This document shows positions 1-5,899 of a stretch of DNA of 6,023 nucleotides, one piece after another (the first letter of the stretch is position 1; each line of letters begins with the position of its first letter). Below the pieces are notes generated by a model. The model ran no database searches, had not been told where the DNA came from, and was given only the letters and a program-made list of their open reading frames with translations. The stretch lies in contig JADGIF010000608.1 of the NCBI GenBank assembly GCA_018985225.1, forward strand, positions 1 to 6,023. Direction: 5' to 3'. This DNA is from Amoeboradix gromovi X-113 (taxonomy: Eukaryota > Fungi > Sanchytriomycota). Both the position numbers and the translations under genes were made by a program.

Positions 1-125
1 TCGCCTCTTAAATCCATAAAATTAATAAAGCTGAAATAATGTTCCAAGTTGTTACAGAAAGTTAGTCCAGTTTTTATTTCATGTCCCAATTGTTTTAACC
101 AAGCATTATTTTATTTTTTAAACTT

Positions 126-2648
126 ATGGAGCAAAGAAGCGAGATAATGAACGGACTTACGTCGGCTCAATGTTTTGATAGGCAGTCAAAGAGCGGTAAA
201 AACTTAATAACCAGAAGGGAAGAACCCTGGTATTCCATCTTTGAATCTTTAGTTAGTCCCTTGAACGGTTTACTTGTATTAAGTGCAGTGATTAGCAGCT
301 TTGTCGGTGAGTATGACAACGCTATTTCTATAATATTGGCTCTTCTAATTGTTGGAAGTGTTGCTGTTTACCAAGATTATCAGTCCACTAAGCAGATGGA
401 GTCTTTAAAGAACATCGTCCCAAAATCATGCAGAGTAAAGAGAGAAGGGATATTAAGCATGATTAATGTGGAGGATGTAGTTGTAGGGGACATTATCTAT
501 CTGGAGGCCGGAGATTGCATTCCCGCCGATGTTGCGTTCTTAACGTGTTTTGGAGTTCTTGTCGACGAAAGCAGTTACACTGGTGAAAGCCAGGCTGTGG
601 AAAAAATAGCTTCGCACGACATTTCTAAATACAAAGCCCAAGCTCTCAACGGCTACTCTGAAATCCTATGTGAAAAAGATCAATGTGAGCAGGGAATATG
701 TGGTACATTTCTTACCAACGGATCTGCTATTGCATTGGCCATCCGAATTGGCAACAACACTCAACTTGCCAGTATTTTTGAGCATTCTGAGAAGCCGAGA
801 AGCTCTTTGCAAGTTACCCTGGATAGGCTGGCCCATCAGCTTTCTCTAATTTCTATAGCCGTAATTTCTTTTATTTCCGTAATATGCCTATTACAGGGTC
901 GAAATCTTTTAGAGACCCTTACTTTAGGCGTCAGCTTAGCAGTTGCAGCCATTCCGGAAGGTTTGCCAATTATAATTAGCTGCACATTGGCAATCAGTGT
1001 CCAAAGGATGGCTAATAAACAAACTATTATTAAAGGATCTAAATCTTTAGAATCTTTAGGCAGCCTTAATCTTCTTTGCCTTGATAAAACCGGTACGATC
1101 ACCATGAATAAGCTTACAGTCGACTGTTTTATAACAGATTTAGTAAATAGTTGCGACCCCTTGTTGATTAAGCAATGCGCGTTTATTTGCAGTAAATCTA
1201 AATTAAGTGTTGATGTGTGCTTATCCAGCTGGAGTATGAACAGCATCGATTATGAGATCACTCAAGAATTTCCGTTCAATAGTGACTCTAAATGGATGGG
1301 TGTAATCACGAAGCATGACAACAACACCACTCTGTTTTGCAAGGGTTCCCTAGACATGATTTTGAATAAATGCTCTACTTATTACAATGAGGAATTGTCA
1401 ACTCAGCATAGCAATTCCTTGTACAATCTTTCTACAAAGTGGGGCAACAAAGGGTTGAGAGTAGTAGCTTTTTGCTGTAAAACAAACCCAAACTCATTGA
1501 TGGATAACGATTGCTGCTTTTTGGGCCTTGTTGGAATGTTAGATCCACCCAGATCAAATGTTGATAGAACACTCAATAAACTAGAAGATGCTGCTATAAA
1601 ATGTGTTATAATAACCGGAGATCAGAAATCTACAGCTGAGAGCGTTGCTAAACGCAGTGGTTTACATAACATCAAGTCAATGAGTGGAAAAGAGTTGGAA
1701 TTATTAAACGACACTGATACCCTGGTGAAAATAGCAGACGTAAACATCTTTTATCGTACTTCACCACGCCATAAACTGCAAATCGTTAAACTATTCAGGC
1801 GCCTGAATTATGTCATTGGTATGACAGGCGATGGTGTTAATGACGTAGCAGCATTACGAGCAGCAGATGTGGGCATATCTATGGGTACTAGTATGGATGT
1901 ATGTAAAGAAGCAAGTGATTTAATACTTGTTGATGATGATCTATCAAACATCATACTGGCAATTGAAGAAGGAAAGTCCATATTTCATATTGTTCAGCAC
2001 TTTTTAAGATACCAGTTGACTACAAGCATAGCGGCATTATCACTAATTATGATTTGCACTCTATTCAACCTGGCATCACCGATGAATGCTATGATGGTGC
2101 TCTGGATAAACATATTGATGGATGGACCAACAGCGCAATCACTAGCTTTTGAGTTGGTTGATGAGTCAGTGTTAAAGGAGCCACCAAGACCAAGAAATGC
2201 CTCTTTGCTGACAGCTGATATTATGACGAATATTGTAAGGAACGCAATTCTTATAGCAGTGCTGAATTTCGGGATTTTTCAAATAATGGGTGTAGATAAT
2301 AAATATGCAATGACTAGCGTCTTTTGCTGTTTCTTTTTTTGTACCATATTCCTGGTTTACAGCTGCAAACATGCAAGTAAGAGCATATTTGTGCTTGAAA
2401 ACAATAAAATAATGAATTGGACTGTAATAGTTACGATCATAGGTCAATTGAGTACGATATATCTGCCATTTTTACAAAGGATATTTATGACAGAGCCATT
2501 AAAATTGGAACATCTGATATTGATGATAGTTTCTAGTAGTGCAATACTAATATTTGATGAATTTATAAAATCGCCTTCAAGATTTAAGCTGATTAAAAGA
2601 CAAAGAACTCGGCAGAATCGCAGTTATTCAGTATTACAGCAAATATAA
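126..2648 (+). CDS. PMR1: P-type IIA Ca2+/Mn2+-transporting ATPase, secretory-pathway (PMR1/SPCA) subfamily, 840 aa
   Basis: Uninterrupted ORF. The ATG at 126 is the first after an in-frame TAA at 96-98. Motifs: GLT..R...G.N (cation ATPase N-terminus), [10 protein letters not shown] (A domain), AAIPEGLP (M4), DKTGT (phospho-Asp320), [28 protein letters not shown]. The PMR1-type M5/M6 signature [11 protein letters not shown]...[20 protein letters not shown] matches yeast Pmr1 (FQLSTSVAAL...[20 protein letters not shown], from memory) better than SERCA or PMCA. Confidence 0.95.
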   Translation: [840 protein letters not shown]

Positions 2649-2659
2649 TACAGAGCCTT

Positions 2660-2665
2660 AATAAA
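2660..2665 (+). terminator. Putative polyadenylation signal AATAAA for PMR1
   Basis: AATAAA begins 12 nt after the last base of the TAA stop. The motif is common in AT-rich DNA, so support is positional only. Confidence 0.4.
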
Positions 2666-3152
2666 CAATTGTTTATCTATCATTGCTGATCGTATTACGT
2701 CTTTCAAAACTAAACAAACTAACCTTACCGAGGCACTTATATTCTCTCACGTAAAATGAAAAAATAGCTCCCCTCTAATTTATTCTCTGCCATTAAATGA
2801 GCTGAGTATTTATTTAATATTGCTAACGCTTCTCGTAGCTTAGTAGACATAATAACTACTTTTGGGGTTTTGAAATTTAAAAAAAATTATTTTACGAATG
2901 CTTTTGATCGTTTTTCTTTGGTTCATTGTTGATGTAACAGTCAGATTACTTCCTTTTATGAAGCAGTAAATAGAGGCAACTAAATTAATAAAATTGCTTT
3001 ACTAGTTTCACAACTTAGCACAAATCATGATGTTTGTTATTATAAGCAAGAATGACTTAACTACCCAATTCTATTGCATCTTTCATATGCTATCTTATCT
3101 TTATTATAGTTTACTAGGCTAGTGGATCCCAGTATAAAATAAATTTAAATAT

Positions 3153-3545
3153 TTATTTGAAATTTATCAGTTTCTGATCCAAATCTAGATGTGAAACACG
3201 CTCCCTTTTATAAAACCTACTTTGAATGATGTCGTGGTATTTAGATTTAATTTCACGATAGTCCATTCTAGCCAGCCTTCTGCTCTCAGCTTCCATATCA
3301 ATGTTGCTACCAATCGGATTAATATTTGAAAAATAAACTGAAAATGGTTTGCAATTTTGGTAATGAAGAATCATTTTATCAGGCCTACCTAGCATCTTCA
3401 ACGCTTTACCGCAATACTTGCATACCAAAGGAGCGAAATGAATGTTTGTGAAATGGCGCAGGGCATTTCTGTTAGTTGAGAACTGCTTGTGGCAGTCTGG
3501 ACAGCTGGACTTTCCTTTGTCGTTCAAAAGTATAGAAATATCCAT
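3153..3545 (-). CDS. Small zinc-finger protein (one C2H2 and one atypical C2HC finger), probable transcriptional regulator, 130 aa
   Basis: CPDC-x12-H-x4-H (CPDCHKQFSTNRNALRHFTNIH, with the conserved F and L) followed by CKYC-x15-H-x3-C. The N-terminus is MDISILLN. An in-frame TGA two codons upstream fixes the ATG at 3545. Confidence 0.8.
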   Translation of the reverse strand: MDISILLNDKGKSSCPDCHKQFSTNRNALRHFTNIHFAPLVCKYCGKALKMLGRPDKMILHYQNCKPFSVYFSNINPIGSNIDMEAESRRLARMDYREIKSKYHDIIQSRFYKRERVSHLDLDQKLINFK

Positions 3546-3568
3546 GTCTCAAGGTTTTTGCAAGCTTC

Positions 3569-4080
3569 TTTCAAGTACCTACAGTAAGGTCATTTGATTG
3601 GTTAGGGTTTGTTTTTAGGTATTTGAGGATATTCAGACCTGTTGTGCAACGATTGAGTGTCTGATGTTAGGGCAACTTTTCTCAAGATCCCTTGCATCCT
3701 AAAACTGTCAATATAATTTTTATACACCCAACGTGTAGTAAAATCATTTAATGTGTAGTTCTTTCTGTTAACCCTCAAATTTTTGTCTACAAGATTGGAT
3801 TTCAACTTATTATTAGACCTGAACAGCTAGGAACTCACAAACGAAGTTGCCCCACTACAGTGGTTGCTCACTTATCTGCAGCCCAGATGTGGGACTGAAT
3901 TAGGACCCTAAGATTAACTGTCCTGCGGCCGACTAGTAAATGATTCATAAACACCACTGGTTTTTTCCTCTATATTTGGGCCATAATTTTAACTTCAGAA
4001 AGATTTTAAGAGCAAAGGAATAGCTCTTTGTACCCTGTAGATGTCTTCAAAATTGACGCATTATGGCTCATATTTTTGAG
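3569..4080 (+). ncRNA. Candidate structured non-coding RNA of unknown class (boundaries approximate)
   Basis: No credible ORF. 3841-3960 is 48% GC (58/120), well above the flanking spacers. Compatible helices: 3569-3581/3616-3628, 3633-3638/3659-3664, 3670-3678/3844-3852, arm 3752-3839, 3858-3864/3953-3959, 3867-3893, 3901-3925 and 3977-3987/4060-4070. An Sm-like AUUUUUG lies at 4072-4078. No recognisable signature of a known RNA family. Confidence 0.4.
3600..3911. promoter_or_regulatory. Cluster of four telomere-repeat-like (TTAGGG/CCCTAA) motifs in a divergent intergenic region
   Basis: GGTTAGGGTT 3600-3609, GTTAGGG 3666-3672, TAACCCT 3769-3775 and ACCCTAA 3905-3911. The motifs are seen directly and their function is inferred. 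Confidence 0.35.
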
Positions 4081-4252
4081 ATTACAATAAATGAGAAGAG
4101 TTATGTTTGTTATTTTACAATCTAAAACAGTTTAGCATGGACTATTGGAACAATAATAGACATATTTATTTCAATACTTGCTTTATTAAATTAACATACA
4201 AACTGATCTTCGCTTGTAATGTTTGAAAATATAATTCACCAAGGGGTCATAC

Positions 4253-4972
4253 ATGCAAAGAATTGCTGTCAATACTCTGAAAGTAAAAAATCAAGCAAGC
4301 AATAGAACAGGCAACCAGTACAGGAACACAAGATATGGAAAAGGTAGTAATGGGCAGTTGGCGAGGCATCATGTGAAAATTGGATTTAACGGAAGTACGA
4401 TTCCATTTTGGAAGAGATTTCCAAAAATTGGATCGCTGACCAATAAAAATTTTGAGCTCTATGGGGTTCACCGATTTCAGACATTAAATTTAACCCAGTT
4501 CGTCTTAAAGATGGACAGGCTGGATAAAATTAAATTAGTTTATGACTCTGAGAATAGGCCAATGATACATACGTTAGATCTATACCAAACTAATATCATA
4601 CATAAGTTAGTACCGCTAGCAGTTGTAAACGGTACAAAACTGACTAAGCCAATCCATTTGGTTACTCAGAGAATAACTGCTTCTGCAGCGGAGAATATCA
4701 AGAATGCTGGAGGTACAGTCACAGTTGTTTATAACACTAAAGTGGGGTTAGATCAGCTGCATAAAAGAGTTTATTTGAATTATTTGAAGAATCAGCCAGA
4801 GAGTTATCTGTTACATCAGCTGCGTAAATATTCGCAAGTGCCTCCAAACTTTCTAGTTGGTAAGTACAATGTGGAAAACGGGTATTTAAATGAGAATCAT
4901 AGGAAGTTATTGCCCCAAAAAGGCATTTATCCATGTTACATCGAGCAGTCATCGAATGTTTTTCTTGAATAA
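4253..4972 (+). CDS. MRPL10: Mitochondrial large-subunit ribosomal protein uL15m (yeast MrpL10 / animal MRPL15 family), divergent, 239 aa
   Basis: YGKGSNGQLARHHVKIGFNGSTIPFWKRFPKIG corresponds to the uL15 motif GRG.KGQKAR...FEGGQTP...FPK.G. KPIHLVTQRITASAAENIKNAGGTVTVVYNTKVGL matches the L15 C-terminal motif (S..A...IE.AGG) plus the mitochondrial-type extension (Y....GL ... Y....GYL). Confidence 0.85.
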   Translation: MQRIAVNTLKVKNQASNRTGNQYRNTRYGKGSNGQLARHHVKIGFNGSTIPFWKRFPKIGSLTNKNFELYGVHRFQTLNLTQFVLKMDRLDKIKLVYDSENRPMIHTLDLYQTNIIHKLVPLAVVNGTKLTKPIHLVTQRITASAAENIKNAGGTVTVVYNTKVGLDQLHKRVYLNYLKNQPESYLLHQLRKYSQVPPNFLVGKYNVENGYLNENHRKLLPQKGIYPCYIEQSSNVFLE

Positions 4973-5563
4973 ATGATTTATATTAAATCCCTCTTCAACC
5001 ATCGTTCCTTTCACTTGAGCGTTTAGTCTCATACCCACAATACCTGCTACAAGTATTCTGGTGTTTATACCTCTGCTTATCCTCATTTTAATCCCTTGTA
5101 TTCCGTACATTCCCAACTTGTCTCCCATTTTCATACCAGATATAAAATACATTGTGACACCCATCAATTTTTGCTCAATTGTTAGATCCTGGACATGTAT
5201 CATACTTAGAATTATAATCATATTGACTTCATTCAACTCTAGTATTGCTCTGTAACTTTATCAATAAACATCCTACCATTGACGTGCATTGCACACATAA
5301 TTGTGGTCGTATCTGCATATGGTATACTAACACGTTAAATAAAGATTCGATACATTTTACGCTCAGATCGTTTGATTCAAAGTTACGCAGCATAGCAATG
5401 AGATATTCAATTTTATTATTTACATTCGCAGTTTTAAACAACATCTACGAGAAATAATTAAAATAATGAAGCAGAACACTCTATTCATTAAACATTGCTA
5501 TATCTTGCATTTTTGGCACCATTTGCACATGCAATGGTGTTACTAAGTTGAAGGAGCAGGAAT

Positions 5564-5620
5564 GAGATTAAAGCAATTCAAATGCTAGCGATTTCGTTGC
5601 ATTTGAATTACTTGGATTTT
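5564..5620. repeat. Long inverted repeat / hairpin
   Basis: Perfect 11-bp inverted repeat AATTCAAATGC (5575-5585) / GCATTTGAATT (5599-5609). It extends inward (AGCG/CGTT, 4-nt loop) and outward (AAG/CTT, GAGATT/GATTTT with G-U pairs). Confidence 0.75.
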
Positions 5621-5821
5621 TGTGCTAGAAATAACAGACTGAACAATCTTTATCCACCGGTGCTGGAATTGTAGATTATTTAAAAGCTTTGAAGATTTAG
5701 AATGTCAAAAATAATTCAAGGAAAAAATCAATTCATTGTCTCAATTCAGTGCAGACGATGCACATGGTTGGACTCACACAATGAATACTCAAATCGCAAT
5801 GTGCATCTGCATTTTTCTTTT

Positions 5822-5899
5822 TTCAGAATGATTTCAGATCAGTACCATCCTGAATCATTTTGGAATCGTTTCGGAAAATCATCCTGAATTTTGGATGAT
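5822..5899. repeat. Interlocked inverted and direct repeats
   Basis: TTCAGAATGATTT (5822-5834) is a 12/13 inverted match to AAATCATCCTGAA (5876-5888). CATCCTGAAT is repeated directly at 5845 and 5880. ATCATCC/GGATGAT forms a hairpin at 5878-5899. Confidence 0.6.

Noticed and set aside
1-17. Possible start of a divergent gene on - (ATG GAT TTA AGA GGC, MDLRG) running off the window
   Set aside because: Only five codons are visible, so it cannot be supported without the neighbouring sequence.
836-2447. Antisense ORFs 836-1246 and 2172-2447
   Set aside because: Fully nested opposite the conserved PMR1 CDS with no motifs. They are shadow frames.
2649-2759. PMR1 frame stays open for 36 codons after the TAA (readthrough or TAA=Gln code)
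   Set aside because: The protein is already complete. No TAA or TAG occurs inside about 1200 codons of the three genes, which excludes a UAR=Gln code, and the stop context is not a known leaky one.
2826-3005. U2-like CGCTTCTCG (near 2827) and U5-loop-like GCTTTACTAG (near 2996)
   Set aside because: The adjoining conserved snRNA elements are absent and the loop differs from the invariant GCCUUUUAC.
3733-3759. GTGTAGTA (U2 branch-recognition sequence) and a GTGTAGT direct repeat with 20-nt period (yeast-like long template)
   Set aside because: No U2 context surrounds it. The implied telomere unit would be G-poor, and one copy is paired in the 3752-3839 arm.
3621-3780. 10-bp helix 3780-3771/3630-3621 on the - strand
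   Set aside because: It crosses the 3670/3852 helix and competes with the 3569-3628 stem. It is kept only as a possible alternative fold and shows that chance helices can occur here.
3602-3805. 67-aa ORF on - upstream of the zinc-finger gene
   Set aside because: TTG start, no recognisable domain, and it cannot be spliced in frame to the zinc-finger ORF because of the TGA just before the ATG.
3668-3863. SRP RNA (CCAC-UGUA-GUGG Alu-like hairpin plus long closing helix on -)
   Set aside because: No helix 6 GNAR loop or helix 8 SRP54-binding motif was found.
3814-3930. TPP-riboswitch-like fragments (ACCTGA, CCTGCG) and RNase P/MRP-like fragments
   Set aside because: The conserved elements are incomplete or in the wrong order. 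There is no CUGAGA and no P4 pairing.
3752-3956. H/ACA snoRNA reading (H box AAACGA 3839-3844, ACA 3951-3953)
   Set aside because: The pocket-to-box distance is about 20 nt rather than 14-16, and the ACA overlaps the closing helix.
4125-4140. U6-like TTAGCATGG
   Set aside because: It lacks the ACAGAGA box and the U6 internal stem-loop.
5180-5400. Tc1/IS630 transposase remnant suggested by YRAILE...HVQD
   Set aside because: The diagnostic DNA..H and SPDLNPIE motifs are absent and no terminal inverted repeats were found.
4247-5887. Short ORFs 4247-4471, 4737-4952, 4949-5236, 5061-5255, 5245-5457 and 5702-5887 as real genes
   Set aside because: They are antisense to uL15m or overlap one another, several have non-ATG starts, composition is biased and no domains are recognisable.
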